Program-made: the position numbers and the translations under genes
NCBI GenBank assembly: GCA_024239035.1
Contig: JANBVK010000001.1
Location: 235,010 to 299,009 of the forward strand
Direction: 5' to 3'
DNA: 64,000 nt
DNA from: Patescibacteria group bacterium
Lineage (GTDB): Bacteria > Patescibacteriota > Minisyncoccia > UBA6257 > GWB1-50-10
The notes under the pieces: model-generated
The model's database searches: none
Told to the model about the DNA's origin: nothing
The model's input: only the letters and a program-made list of their open reading frames with translations
In this document: positions 48,118-58,428 of the stretch, piece by piece
Position numbering within the stretch: position 1 is the stretch's first letter
Layout: each line of letters starts with the position of its first letter

Positions 48118-49371
48118 ATGAAATTTATTATCCCCAAAAAACCTCTTCTTTTGGTGCTCCTTGCCTTTCTTATTCTAGATGGCCTACTCTTGGTCTTCTT
48201 ACTTCAAGGAAAAGCGGAAATTCAAATCCCTAAAAACTTATCAGCAGCACTCACAAATTCCTACCCAGAAATAGCCGATCTCAAAGACAAACAACTGTCA
48301 TTTAAAGACCTATCCAACTATTTTAGCGATCTTGCCGAAGAAAAAGATGCAGTGTATGCCTACGAAGTGCTCAAGGTTGCACCAATCCCTCCCGGAATAG
48401 ATATGCATTTAATGGGGCATGTCGTTGGCGACATTCTTTACCGACAACAGGGTGTTCGGGGCATAGGTGTCTGTACCCACGATTTCCGGAACGCCTGTTC
48501 TCACAGCATCGTGGTGGGTCTGCTCCTTGAAGGTGGTGAGGGAGCCATACCCGAAATCACTGAAGCGTGCGGCGAAGCGCCTGGGGGAACCGGCGCCTAC
48601 TCAATGTGCTTTCACGGGCTTGGGCACGGAGTTTTAGCTTACGCCGATTATGATTTAGAAAAAGCCATTGAGCTTTGTAAAAAAACCGGCAGCGCAGAAT
48701 CCCCTCGCAGAGAACAAGTGGAATGCGTTGGTGGCACAATCATGGAGATAATTGGTGGTGGCTTCCACAACCCGAAACTATGGGCCGAGCAATCCAAAAA
48801 ATATCTTAGCGCTGATGATCCTCTCCACCCGTGCAGTAGCGACTTCATACCTGATATCGCCCGCCCTCAATGTTACATCTATCTTACTCCTCATCTCTTT
48901 AAAGTGGTTGGTGGAAGTCTTGGTAGTCCTACCCCGGAAGACTTTGAAAAAGCATTCCTTCTTTGTGAAAAAATTCCCGCCTCTGACACCGCTAGCCGCC
49001 ACACGTGCTACGGCGGTTTTGGAAAAGAATTTATAGTGCTCGCAAAAAACCGCGACATACGAAACATTGATAAGATGACAGACGAGGAGCTCGCAAAGGT
49101 GTATGAGTGGTGTCTTCTAGCGAAAAACCAGAACGGAATATTAGCGTGCGTCAACAGCGCCGCGGCCTCACTGTATTGGGGTGGTGAAAACGATCGCGGA
49201 ATTGTCATTAAATTCTGCGGATCATTGACAGAACCGAATATCCAAGCCTCCTGCTTTGCAAACATTATTGGAGGAGTTTCTTACTACATCAACGATCCTA
49301 CCTACAGACGCGGATTTTGTGAGGAGTTACCACCTACCTACCATGAAGACTGCCTTACCAGATTACTATAG
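48118..49371 (+). CDS. Cys/His-rich membrane-anchored protein (paralog 1 of 7)
   Basis: HLMGH, CSHS, CFHGLGHG, many spaced Cys. Confidence 0.8.
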   Translation: MKFIIPKKPLLLVLLAFLILDGLLLVFLLQGKAEIQIPKNLSAALTNSYPEIADLKDKQLSFKDLSNYFSDLAEEKDAVYAYEVLKVAPIPPGIDMHLMGHVVGDILYRQQGVRGIGVCTHDFRNACSHSIVVGLLLEGGEGAIPEITEACGEAPGGTGAYSMCFHGLGHGVLAYADYDLEKAIELCKKTGSAESPRREQVECVGGTIMEIIGGGFHNPKLWAEQSKKYLSADDPLHPCSSDFIPDIARPQCYIYLTPHLFKVVGGSLGSPTPEDFEKAFLLCEKIPASDTASRHTCYGGFGKEFIVLAKNRDIRNIDKMTDEELAKVYEWCLLAKNQNGILACVNSAAASLYWGGENDRGIVIKFCGSLTEPNIQASCFANIIGGVSYYINDPTYRRGFCEELPPTYHEDCLTRLL

Positions 49372-49380
49372 CGAGATGTT

Positions 49381-50469
49381 ATGGACGTTATATTAAAAAA
49401 AATTAAAACAGCGCCAAAAGCTCCGTTTTTCCTCGGGGTTCTGGTCCTCGTCGCACTTATTGGGGGTGGCGGAACGTTCCTAAAAAATAAAAGTGGCAAC
49501 ACACCAGACCCGAATCTAACAAGCGCGATAAGCTCCGGTTTACGCACCACCGATCCAATAAAAGCTCGCAACTATTGGGCAGAACGCATTGATGCCGTAG
49601 GCGCTAAGCGTGCGTATGAAGAATTTAAAGAGACTTACTACAAGGAACACTTCGGTATCCAACATACTCTCGCCCACGTTATGGGGGAGCTGCTCTACGA
49701 AAAAGAAAGTGTTCAAGGGCTTACGGTATGCGACGCCACTTTCGCCTTTGGTTGCTATCACAGTTTCTTCGGGAGAGTATTGAGCGAACACGGAATCGCA
49801 ATCATACCCGAACTCGATAAGGCATGTGTCGAAAAGTTTGGACCCCTAGGAACAGGCTGCCAGCACGGTATCGGCCATGGATTAAGAGAATTTATGGGTA
49901 GTGAGAAACTAGTGGACGCTCTTGAGGCGTGCATCTTGACCACCCAACTAAAAGATTTGTTTGGTTGCACATCAGGCATCTTTATGGAAAACAACGTTCC
50001 TATAGTCATTAGCGCAGACAAACCGGCGTATACTGAACCACGAACCCTGAATCCAAATAATCCTTACGAACCGTGCAACACAATAGTACCGGAACAGTTC
50101 AGAAATTCGTGCTACTACGAAATGGCACAGTGGTGGAATCAGGTATTTAATCGCAACTGGGAAAAAATGGGGAGATTGTGCGAGGAGGTCGGCAACGAAG
50201 AATACACAAAGTCATGCTATTTTGGTATCGGCAATATTACCGCTCCCTCAAGCCAGTATGAAGTTGAGGCGACGATCAATAAGTGCAAACAAATGCCCTC
50301 CCGAGAAGCGGAGGTAACCTGCAGATCAGGAGCGTCGTGGAGTTTCTTTGCCGAACCGATTGCAAGAGACAAATCACCGGAGATATGTAAAGGGCTTGGA
50401 GCTGAAATAGAACAGAAGTGCGCGAAGGAATCCGACCTAATCGGCAACGGTGAAAAATTTATTCAATAA
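49381..50469 (+). CDS. Cys/His-rich membrane-anchored protein (paralog 2 of 7)
   Basis: HTLAH, CYHS, CQHGIGHG. Confidence 0.8.
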   Translation: MDVILKKIKTAPKAPFFLGVLVLVALIGGGGTFLKNKSGNTPDPNLTSAISSGLRTTDPIKARNYWAERIDAVGAKRAYEEFKETYYKEHFGIQHTLAHVMGELLYEKESVQGLTVCDATFAFGCYHSFFGRVLSEHGIAIIPELDKACVEKFGPLGTGCQHGIGHGLREFMGSEKLVDALEACILTTQLKDLFGCTSGIFMENNVPIVISADKPAYTEPRTLNPNNPYEPCNTIVPEQFRNSCYYEMAQWWNQVFNRNWEKMGRLCEEVGNEEYTKSCYFGIGNITAPSSQYEVEATINKCKQMPSREAEVTCRSGASWSFFAEPIARDKSPEICKGLGAEIEQKCAKESDLIGNGEKFIQ

Positions 50470-50478
50470 GTTTCTATT

Positions 50479-51690
50479 ATGGTGAAAAAAATTTTTATCG
50501 CGGCTCTGTTTGTAATAGTTCTTGCAGAAACTGCCGTACTCATAAAAGATAAACTACCACGCCTTACCGCGTCGCTCTTTCAATCCAGACAAGTTTCCTT
50601 TGAAGAGTATGCCGATCGCGTGGTTGAAAAATGTAAAGACGCGGGATATCGCCCGAGCTGCTACGATAAGGAGATTCCAGAACTTATGGATGCAATCTCA
50701 ATGGAGGATGCCTTTGAGGTTACAAGAATTGTCCAAGATCAAGATAGATCATACTACTATTGTCACGTACTCGGGCATGAATTAAGTGCTCGAGAGGTGC
50801 GCAAAGACCCGAGCAGTTGGAAGGATGTTGTTACACAATGCCCAAGCGGTATGTGCTCAAACGGCTGCCTCCACGGCGGGTTCCAAGAACGCTTCCGAGA
50901 AGGAGCCTTTACTGAAACCGAAGTGCGAGAGATCACCAAAGAACTCACCAACCTTTGTGAAGAAAAGCCTGCGTGGCGCCCCACCGGCCTTGAACAAGCT
51001 TCCTGCTACCATGCACTGGGACATCTCACGATGTATATCACGAGCGCCGAACTAAACAAATCATCAGAAATTTGCGAAGAGATTGCAGTAAAGCCGGATG
51101 GTAGAAATTACTCGCAACTTTGCTTTGACGGAGTATTTATGCAAATCTTCCAACCGCTCGAACCCGAGGACTTTGCGCTCGTTGAAGGAAAACAACCCAC
51201 AAAAGAGGAGGTACCTCTATTTTGCGGAAACTTCACAGGCAAAAAGAGAGCATCGTGTCTCAGCGAAAGTTGGCCGCTATTTTTTAAGGAGCTCAAAAAT
51301 CCCGAAAACTTAGTACGGTTTTGCTCAATGACCGAGGAGAGCGAACGGACAAGGTGTTATAACGTTATCTTCTATGTAATGACCGCCCAACTTGGCTTCA
51401 ATGTAGAGACACTACAAAATTATTGCGCGGGCTTGCCCAAGGAACGGCAGGGGTTGTGTTTCGCAAACGCTGCCTCTCGCATGATTGAAACTGACTACAG
51501 AAACATTGATAAGTCGGTACGCTTGTGCACCACCGCAGAAGATTACGATGCAGACGAAGAGTGTTTTGCAGAACTCTTACAGTATTCGACTTACAATTTC
51601 CATGCCGGATCAGAAGCGTTTTTCCGTCTCTGTAACAGTTTACCAGAGCCATGGAGCGAGAAATGCCTAAGTAAAAACACGGCCTCTTGA
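50479..51690 (+). CDS. Cys/His-rich membrane-anchored protein (paralog 3 of 7)
   Basis: CHVLGH, CSNGCLHG, CYHALGH. Confidence 0.8.
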   Translation: MVKKIFIAALFVIVLAETAVLIKDKLPRLTASLFQSRQVSFEEYADRVVEKCKDAGYRPSCYDKEIPELMDAISMEDAFEVTRIVQDQDRSYYYCHVLGHELSAREVRKDPSSWKDVVTQCPSGMCSNGCLHGGFQERFREGAFTETEVREITKELTNLCEEKPAWRPTGLEQASCYHALGHLTMYITSAELNKSSEICEEIAVKPDGRNYSQLCFDGVFMQIFQPLEPEDFALVEGKQPTKEEVPLFCGNFTGKKRASCLSESWPLFFKELKNPENLVRFCSMTEESERTRCYNVIFYVMTAQLGFNVETLQNYCAGLPKERQGLCFANAASRMIETDYRNIDKSVRLCTTAEDYDADEECFAELLQYSTYNFHAGSEAFFRLCNSLPEPWSEKCLSKNTAS

Positions 51691-52169
51691 TAACGGTGTC
51701 GCATAACGTCTTCAAAATATTCCTCGTTGCTCTCTTCCTCCTCTATTTTTTAGGGAGTTTCTACACCTCCGGTACTCTTGAGGGAGAAGCGTATCCGTTC
51801 TTTTCCTGGTTTGTATTCACAAAAGTACCACCTAAATTTCAAGAAGGATACACAATAAGAATTCTCAAGTACGGAGACAAGCAATTACATTCGCCTGTCT
51901 CTTTTGAAGACGCCTACGATGTGTACATGAACAGAGGTATAGCCTCACCCCAATACAACTACATGATCAGGGCTTTGGGAACAAGCGTTGAAAATAAAGA
52001 CTTGAGAGAAATAAAACGACACCGCCACACACTAGAAGCAACCTTCCTGTCCCAGCCAGTTGTGTACGAGGTAGTAAAAATTAAATTTAGCACGCTTGAG
52101 CGCTGGAGAACAGGACAAGTACTCGAATCAAAAAGTATCGCCGTCTTCAATGTTCCAAAAGAACTATGA
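51687..52169 (+). CDS. Hypothetical membrane-anchored protein
   Basis: TM segment then EAYPFFSWFVF; coupled to both neighbours. Confidence 0.7.
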   Translation: MITVSHNVFKIFLVALFLLYFLGSFYTSGTLEGEAYPFFSWFVFTKVPPKFQEGYTIRILKYGDKQLHSPVSFEDAYDVYMNRGIASPQYNYMIRALGTSVENKDLREIKRHRHTLEATFLSQPVVYEVVKIKFSTLERWRTGQVLESKSIAVFNVPKEL

Positions 52170-53122
52170 AGTTGAACCAATCAATCAAAAATTTACGCGC
52201 GCTCGTCTCCTCTTTCCCGATGATTACATCTTTTGCCACAGGAAAACGGTCGCTCGAGAAAGCAAAAACCATTACCCGCTTTCTCTACTATTTCTTGGCG
52301 TTCCGATCTTTGTCCATACTGTTCGGTCGCGGGCAGTATGCTTCACAGGAAGGAAACTTCTCACCCATCTGGTCAATTAAATGGGCAGAGCTTCTAAATT
52401 TCCCTGACGTAATCAATATCATTGTTTTTTTCTTCCTCATCAGCGCGTTTGTGGGAGCACTTTTTAATCAGCTCCGCGTAGGTCGCGTTATAGCTTTCTT
52501 GGGAGTATTCCAACTGCATGCGTTCTTGAGTTCATTCATACAGGTTGACCATCAGTGGTACCCGTGGCTCTACGTCACGTTTTTGTTAATTTTTCTACCA
52601 GATGCTCCTGCACAAGAATACTCCTTTGAAAAACGCAAGAAGTTTTTATTAGTTTTTTTTGGTGCCCAAGCTGCTATATTCACGATCTATTCAATGGCAG
52701 GTTTTGGCAAGACGTACGGTGCAATCGAGCAGTTTCTGCAAGGAGGGGTCCACGCATTCGCACCCGAGGCTCTCGCGCTTCATATCGCACATTGGCTAGT
52801 GGCAAATAATTCAACAAGTCTGGTAGGATCTTTTATAATTGCGCACCCCTTAGTGGGATGGCCCTTTTTTGTCGGCAGTATTTACCTACTACTCTTCTCG
52901 TTGTGGGCTGTTTTCAAACCGTCTCTCCATAGATTGTGGGCATTTGGATTACTGCTCTACCATATAGGAGTGTATGCGGCCATGAACATAAGTTTCTTGG
53001 GATCCCCGCTGCTTTTACTGCTTTTGTTCTTCGACTCGCCATTTAAAAAACGGGGCGTAAAGTGGAAAGAAATAATTCTAGATTTACCACTCTTCGGGTG
53101 GCTATTGCGCCGCCTTAATTGA
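52166..53122 (+). CDS. Polytopic membrane protein, HTTM-like (tentative)
   Basis: About 7 TM; QVDH, Y.MAG..K, YHIG..AMNI.F. Confidence 0.6.
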   Translation: MKLNQSIKNLRALVSSFPMITSFATGKRSLEKAKTITRFLYYFLAFRSLSILFGRGQYASQEGNFSPIWSIKWAELLNFPDVINIIVFFFLISAFVGALFNQLRVGRVIAFLGVFQLHAFLSSFIQVDHQWYPWLYVTFLLIFLPDAPAQEYSFEKRKKFLLVFFGAQAAIFTIYSMAGFGKTYGAIEQFLQGGVHAFAPEALALHIAHWLVANNSTSLVGSFIIAHPLVGWPFFVGSIYLLLFSLWAVFKPSLHRLWAFGLLLYHIGVYAAMNISFLGSPLLLLLLFFDSPFKKRGVKWKEIILDLPLFGWLLRRLN

Positions 53123-53162
53123 TTCGAAAGAAAAACGTGCTAAAATCAATACGCAGCATTTT

Positions 53163-53264
53163 ATGACCAAGCGTTCTAACGTCGTTCTTACAGCACTCAC
53201 TACGTCAATCTTCCTGGGAGCACTATTCTCTCCCACAACACCCACGCACGCACATGGAGTCTGA
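53163..53264 (+). pseudogene. Truncated duplicate of the 5' end of 56388-56930
   Basis: MTKRSNVVLTALTTSIFLGALFSPTTPTHAHGV* versus MIRRSNVILTVLIISLFLGALFSPTIPVRAHGV. Confidence 0.8.
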
Positions 53265-53268
53265 CACA

Positions 53269-53421
53269 ATGTTTGAAACAATAAAGCAAATCCTTACTTT
53301 AACTTTAAAATCAAGGAAGATCTGGTTAATTCCTCTCCTTCTTTTACTAGTCATTATCGCCCTACTTGTTATCGGCGCATATGTCTCCCCTGTTCCTATA
53401 TTTATCTACCCAATAATATGA
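53269..53421 (+). CDS. SxtK/DUF5989-like small membrane protein (absent from ORF track)
   Basis: MFETIKQIL...RKIWLIPLL...PVPIFIYPII*. Confidence 0.8.
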   Translation: MFETIKQILTLTLKSRKIWLIPLLLLLVIIALLVIGAYVSPVPIFIYPII

Positions 53422-53615
53422 AGAGAATTGTCCGTGTAATGAACAATTTCTTCATTTCCGTTGTACTCACAATTTTCTATTTCACCGCAGTGGGGTTGTC
53501 ATTTATTATCTTACGATTGTTCACAAAGTCCAAACCGGAAAAACATAAAAATTCTTATTGGCAAAGTATAAACAAAGAAAACCCAAATAGAAACTATTTT
53601 GAATCAGCTTACTGA
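53418..53615 (+). CDS. SxtJ-like membrane protein (short form)
   Basis: LTIFYF..VG...RLF...SYW...FESAY. Confidence 0.75.
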   Translation: MKRIVRVMNNFFISVVLTIFYFTAVGLSFIILRLFTKSKPEKHKNSYWQSINKENPNRNYFESAY

Positions 53616-53617
53616 AA

Positions 53618-55330
53618 ATGTATATTCTGGGAATCTCCGCATTCTATCATGACAGCGCCGCAGTACTTATCGAAGACGGACATATACGTTCCGCTGCTGA
53701 AGAAGAACGCTTCACTCGCGTGAAACATGATAACAGTTTTCCCTTTAATGCGATCGAGTCCTGCCTGGATAACGCAGACATCTCCATTAATGAAGTGGAC
53801 TACACTGCTTACTACGAAAAGCCACTCCTTAAGTTCGAAAGGATTCTCGACACATTTGTCCGCACGTACCCTCTTTCTCTGAAGCCGTTCTTGAGAGGAG
53901 TCCCTGAGTGGCTCACCTCGAAAATAAAGGTAGAGGGGATTATTCGAAAAAAGCTGGGATACAAGGGAAAAACCTTTTTTATCCCTCACCATCTCTCTCA
54001 CGCCGCCGCAACGTTTTACCCCTCCCTTTTTAAAGAATCAGCAATCCTCACTGTGGACGGGATAGGAGAATACCAAACAACAGGTTTGTGGACAGGTGAA
54101 GGTGTTACCATCACTCCGCTCAAGGCAATTAATTTCCCGCACTCTCTGGGGCTCCTCTACTCTACTCTTACCTCATTTCTGGGATTTAGAGTCAACGAAG
54201 ACGAATATAAAGTTATGGGGCTCGCGGCTTATGGAAAACCTAGTTATGCAGATCAAGTCTATAAGACAGTAAACGTAAAAAACAACGGAAGTTTCAACCT
54301 AAACATGAAATTCTTCTCCTTTAGAGAACGATTTCAAATGTGGACTAAAGAATTCGAGAAACTGTTCGGAAAACCGCGATTACCCGATGAACCGATCACC
54401 GAACGGGAAAAGGATATAGCAGCAAGCATCCAGAAGGTGACCGAGGATATTTACCTTGGTATGCTCAACCACCTCTATAAACTTACAAAGTGTCCAAATT
54501 TATGCATAAGCGGCGGCGTCGCGTTAAACGCCCTCGCAAACGGAAAAATATACGAAATAACTCCCTTTAAGAGGGTATATATCTTGGGTGCCGCCGGCGA
54601 CAGCGGTGCTACACTGGGGGCAGCGCTTTTTACACATCACGGTATTCTCAACTTCAAACAACGATGTTCAATAAATAATTTATGTCTCGGTTCCTCCTAC
54701 GATAATGAGGATGTAGAACAGATACTCAAAAAATATAACGTATACTATAGAAAATTCGGCAACGAAACCAACCTCGTTAAACATACCGCCTCACTCCTCG
54801 CCGACCACAACGTAATCGGTTGGTTCCAAGGGAGAATGGAATTCGGCCCCCGGGCACTCGGATCACGATCCATCCTTGCTTATCCCAGCCCCGCCTCTAT
54901 GAAAGAAAAAGTTAATACAATAAAAGTGCGGGAGCAATTCAGGCCTTTCGCATGCTCAATTCTGGAAGAAAAAATTCATGAATACTTCAACGTTCCAGGA
55001 CCCCGCCACGCCTCACCTTTTATGAACTTTTGTTTCCGGATAAAGAGAGTAAAAACGGCAGAGTTAGCTGCCGTAGTTCACAAAGATGGAACCTGCAGAA
55101 TTCAGACAGTAACTAAAGAAAACGGACGGTACTATAAGCTAATTAGAAAATTCTACGAGTTGACCGGCACTCCCTGCATCTTAAATACGAGTTTTAACAC
55201 AAAAGGAGAACCCATTGTAGAGAGTCCCGAAGACGCTATTAAAGACTTCTTAAAAACTGAACTCGATTACTTGGTTATCAACAACTTTATCGTTTCAAAA
55301 CCCGGGTCACACGGCATAAGATTCTTCTGA
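53618..55330 (+). CDS. Carbamoyltransferase (NodU/CmcH/SxtI family)
   Basis: GISAFYHDSAA, EEERF.R.KH, HHLSHA, EYKVMGLA.YG, EFGPRALG.RS, LNTSFN. Confidence 0.95.
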   Translation: MYILGISAFYHDSAAVLIEDGHIRSAAEEERFTRVKHDNSFPFNAIESCLDNADISINEVDYTAYYEKPLLKFERILDTFVRTYPLSLKPFLRGVPEWLTSKIKVEGIIRKKLGYKGKTFFIPHHLSHAAATFYPSLFKESAILTVDGIGEYQTTGLWTGEGVTITPLKAINFPHSLGLLYSTLTSFLGFRVNEDEYKVMGLAAYGKPSYADQVYKTVNVKNNGSFNLNMKFFSFRERFQMWTKEFEKLFGKPRLPDEPITEREKDIAASIQKVTEDIYLGMLNHLYKLTKCPNLCISGGVALNALANGKIYEITPFKRVYILGAAGDSGATLGAALFTHHGILNFKQRCSINNLCLGSSYDNEDVEQILKKYNVYYRKFGNETNLVKHTASLLADHNVIGWFQGRMEFGPRALGSRSILAYPSPASMKEKVNTIKVREQFRPFACSILEEKIHEYFNVPGPRHASPFMNFCFRIKRVKTAELAAVVHKDGTCRIQTVTKENGRYYKLIRKFYELTGTPCILNTSFNTKGEPIVESPEDAIKDFLKTELDYLVINNFIVSKPGSHGIRFF

Positions 55331-56337
55331 GTAACGTAGCGTAAAAGCTCGTACGCAATCATCTTATGTCCCTTGGTATTGGGATGCCAGTCGGGCAATA
55401 CTCCGTCGGGCCTGAGACGCAACTCGCTTTCATAGAAATATGTGTTGGCACGAGAGGCAACGAAACGTCCTATAATAGGTCTGTACTTATCTTCAATCTT
55501 GCTCTCATGAATCAAGCTAAATACAACAAGCGGGCCTTGATAGTACTCATTAATCAAACTTAGTGCTTCCTCCTGATATTGGGCAACTCCCTCTTCTCCG
55601 TACTCCTTAAATTGATCTCTAACTGCCCTCTGCCATATTCCAAACTCAAGTTCATCGGGCGGTTTGGTAAATTCTCTCCATGAACCCCGACGGCCATCAC
55701 TGTCTCCTCCCTCTGCACTCGCCTGTTCTGCAAGCCGCTTTGTTCTCGGTTTAAGAAATTCATTGATTTCTTGAAAATCGTTTTCAATCAAGTGCCACAG
55801 CACAAGGTCGGGGCTGTACTTCATTCCACGCATCCTAAACCGCTCCACGGCGTATCGAATGTCATAGCTCGGCACACCTAAATTTACCACTTCAAACTTC
55901 ATAATAGTGTCGCAGTCAAGCTCATTGTTTAGTAAATCTTCCAGAACCTCTGAGTAATTATTCTCTGTGTTCATAAACATGCCGTATGTCCAAGAATCAC
56001 CTAAAGCAATAACCCTAAACGTACCCTCGGGTTTTTCAGTAGTATAATTGAAACGCTCGTTTAAAGTATCAGCGTTAATGGTTATCTCGGGAGTATACGA
56101 GAGCCAAGTAGGAATAAACACTTGTCCCTGGTAGTCGGGGTTTAGCTCGTAAAAATGTTGAAGATCTGAGTCCTCTGGAAAACTGAGACTTTCTCTCGGA
56201 ATGAGTGCAATACTTGCCGTGTATCGGTTTTCATACACATTGATACCGATAAGCACAATAACGATAAGTTGGACAACCACTAAACCTATAACCAATGAAT
56301 TTTTTTTTCTAGTCTTTATCATAAAGTTGATTCGCAA
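55267..56337 (-). CDS. SGNH/GDSL hydrolase-fold protein with N-terminal anchor
   Basis: LGDSWTYG, NLGV, END, DWHPN..GH; true start may be 56322. Confidence 0.88.
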   Translation of the reverse strand: MRINFMIKTRKKNSLVIGLVVVQLIVIVLIGINVYENRYTASIALIPRESLSFPEDSDLQHFYELNPDYQGQVFIPTWLSYTPEITINADTLNERFNYTTEKPEGTFRVIALGDSWTYGMFMNTENNYSEVLEDLLNNELDCDTIMKFEVVNLGVPSYDIRYAVERFRMRGMKYSPDLVLWHLIENDFQEINEFLKPRTKRLAEQASAEGGDSDGRRGSWREFTKPPDELEFGIWQRAVRDQFKEYGEEGVAQYQEEALSLINEYYQGPLVVFSLIHESKIEDKYRPIIGRFVASRANTYFYESELRLRPDGVLPDWHPNTKGHKMIAYELLRYVTQKNLMPCDPGFETIKLLITK

Positions 56338-56387
56338 AATCGGTGTGTTAAAATCAGTATACGCAGCATTTAATCCTCTTTCAATTT

Positions 56388-56930
56388 ATGATCAGGCGCT
56401 CCAATGTCATTTTAACGGTACTAATTATATCGCTCTTCCTGGGAGCACTATTCTCTCCCACAATTCCTGTCCGCGCCCACGGAGTAGGAGAATCATTAGA
56501 AAAAGTTGTAGGAGAATATCTCGTCGACATCGGCTATGACGCTTTCGAACTCCGCGCTAAAGAATCAGTTCGCTTCGACTTTTCCTTATGGACAAGTGAC
56601 CAAAGCGAAGAAATACCCTTTACTGATATCTGGTTGAGAATTAGTCAAAACAACAAAGCTGTTCTTGCTGGAGGAATTCAAAACCCCCGTTTTGGCAAAG
56701 CGGGAGTCACCTATGCATTCCCCGAAAAAGGCGAGTACACACTCTTTGTACGATTCCAGAATGGAGATGAGTCACTTGTTGAAACATCATTTCCGCTTGC
56801 AGTTGAAGAGGGCAACGAAAGCGCGAGCAACACCTCTCCGGTTTCAAAAGAGCTGCTCATCGGCGTAGGTGTAGGGCTTGTTATCGGTTCACTAATCACT
56901 TTTCTCCTGCGACGCGTACGCCATGGGTAA
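56388..56930 (+). CDS. Secreted Ig-like (YtkA/CopC-like) protein with C-terminal TM
   Basis: Signal peptide ending VRA|HG (mature N-terminal His), FPEKGEY.L.V.F. Confidence 0.6.
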   Translation: MIRRSNVILTVLIISLFLGALFSPTIPVRAHGVGESLEKVVGEYLVDIGYDAFELRAKESVRFDFSLWTSDQSEEIPFTDIWLRISQNNKAVLAGGIQNPRFGKAGVTYAFPEKGEYTLFVRFQNGDESLVETSFPLAVEEGNESASNTSPVSKELLIGVGVGLVIGSLITFLLRRVRHG

Positions 56931-58425
56931 AAAAGCGCTAATCTTCTTACCACTCCTCGTTCTTACTATTGGCGGTTCCATTACTTACCGTGAGCTCCGA
57001 GTATCGGACACAGAGCCCGCACGGATGGCGAGCGAATACGTCGTAGAACTTCACGAAGACGGTTTCCACCCAGAGAAAATTACCATCCAGAAAGGTGCGG
57101 TGGTGACTTTCATAACCACAAGAAACAAAGATTTCTGGCCAGCATCAAACCTCCATCCCACCCACATTATCTACAGAGAGTTCGATCCCAAAAAAGCAAT
57201 CGCGCCTGACAATTCCTGGAACTTCACGTTTAATAAAACCGGTGAGTGGAGATATCACGACCACACTGCCCCCTATTTTACAGGAACAATAATTGTCGAA
57301 GAGCACGACCACGACAAAACCCACGTTCATCATCTCGACACCGCAGAAAACATTGATTGCAGTAAATTGGATGCTCTCAACGACTACGAGAAAGAAAAAT
57401 GCTGGGATAAAGTCCTGGGCGAGGCGCTCAGGGAAAAAGGGGTAGAAGGATCTCTCGAGGCGTTTAGACAACTCTACACCACCCAACCTAATTTTGCCCA
57501 AAGTGGATGTCACTGGTATGCGCACCGTATCGGTGAAGAAGCCTACGGATACTATAGAGGCGGCGAAGATCTCGATCTTCCGCAAGAAGTGAGCTACTGC
57601 GGCTATGGTTTTGTACACGGTTTCTTAGAGCACGGTTTCAGGGAAGAAAGAAATCCAACCGAGGCAAAGAGGCTGTGCAACTACCTCGACACCCAACTAT
57701 CAGATATCCTCCCAAGAATTCGATTAAATTGTTTCCACGCAATAGGTCACGGGTTCATAGATGATCCACCAAATCCAAGAATATGGGGAAATTCTCAAGC
57801 TATAATAGGGCCGGCGCTAAAAATCTGTGAAAGCGTTTCCGACGTACCAATCGAAGTCAAAGAATGTTTTGATGGGGCATACAACACTCTAGTAATCTTT
57901 ATGCAAACGAACCAGTATGGGTTGTCATTCGATAAAAAAGATCCACTCGGTTTCTGTCATAATGAACCTGACCGTTACCAACTCTCATGTTATTATGAGT
58001 TTGCCCAAGTGCTCGACTCCGCAGGTGACCGGGATCTCGCGACAATTGCAAAATTCGTTGAAGGCATTCCCGAAGATACGCTTGCAGGTATGATTATCAA
58101 CACCGCAGCTGCAGGTGTGGTGCAGGGAGATATCACAAACGATGACTTCACAAACTATATCCTTGAGTGCCGAAAAACAGGAGAACGCCTGCGCCTGCAG
58201 TGCATACGAGGCGTAGTAGGGGGACTTCTCGCCCACGGTGAACCGGGAAAAGAGTACATCAAAGCTCTGAAGTTATGTGATGCCGGTCTACTCCTTGAAG
58301 ACGAGCACAAAGCGTGCTTCCATAACACTCTAAATGGAATCAAGACTATCTATCCCCGCGAGAAAGTAGAACAAATTTGCAAAACAATTGATGAGAAATA
58401 CCAAAGCTACTGCACCTATCAATAA
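56923..58425 (+). CDS. Cupredoxin-like domain plus Cys/His-rich domain (paralog 4 of 7)
   Basis: F.P..ITI..G..VTF, SNLHPTH, GEWRYHDH; CHWYAH, CFHAIGHG. Confidence 0.8.
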   Translation: MGKKALIFLPLLVLTIGGSITYRELRVSDTEPARMASEYVVELHEDGFHPEKITIQKGAVVTFITTRNKDFWPASNLHPTHIIYREFDPKKAIAPDNSWNFTFNKTGEWRYHDHTAPYFTGTIIVEEHDHDKTHVHHLDTAENIDCSKLDALNDYEKEKCWDKVLGEALREKGVEGSLEAFRQLYTTQPNFAQSGCHWYAHRIGEEAYGYYRGGEDLDLPQEVSYCGYGFVHGFLEHGFREERNPTEAKRLCNYLDTQLSDILPRIRLNCFHAIGHGFIDDPPNPRIWGNSQAIIGPALKICESVSDVPIEVKECFDGAYNTLVIFMQTNQYGLSFDKKDPLGFCHNEPDRYQLSCYYEFAQVLDSAGDRDLATIAKFVEGIPEDTLAGMIINTAAAGVVQGDITNDDFTNYILECRKTGERLRLQCIRGVVGGLLAHGEPGKEYIKALKLCDAGLLLEDEHKACFHNTLNGIKTIYPREKVEQICKTIDEKYQSYCTYQ

Positions 58426-58428
58426 AAA

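Noticed and set aside
53269-55330. Saxitoxin biosynthesis
   Set aside because: Only sxtI/J/K-like genes are present; no sxtA, sxtG or other core genes in the window
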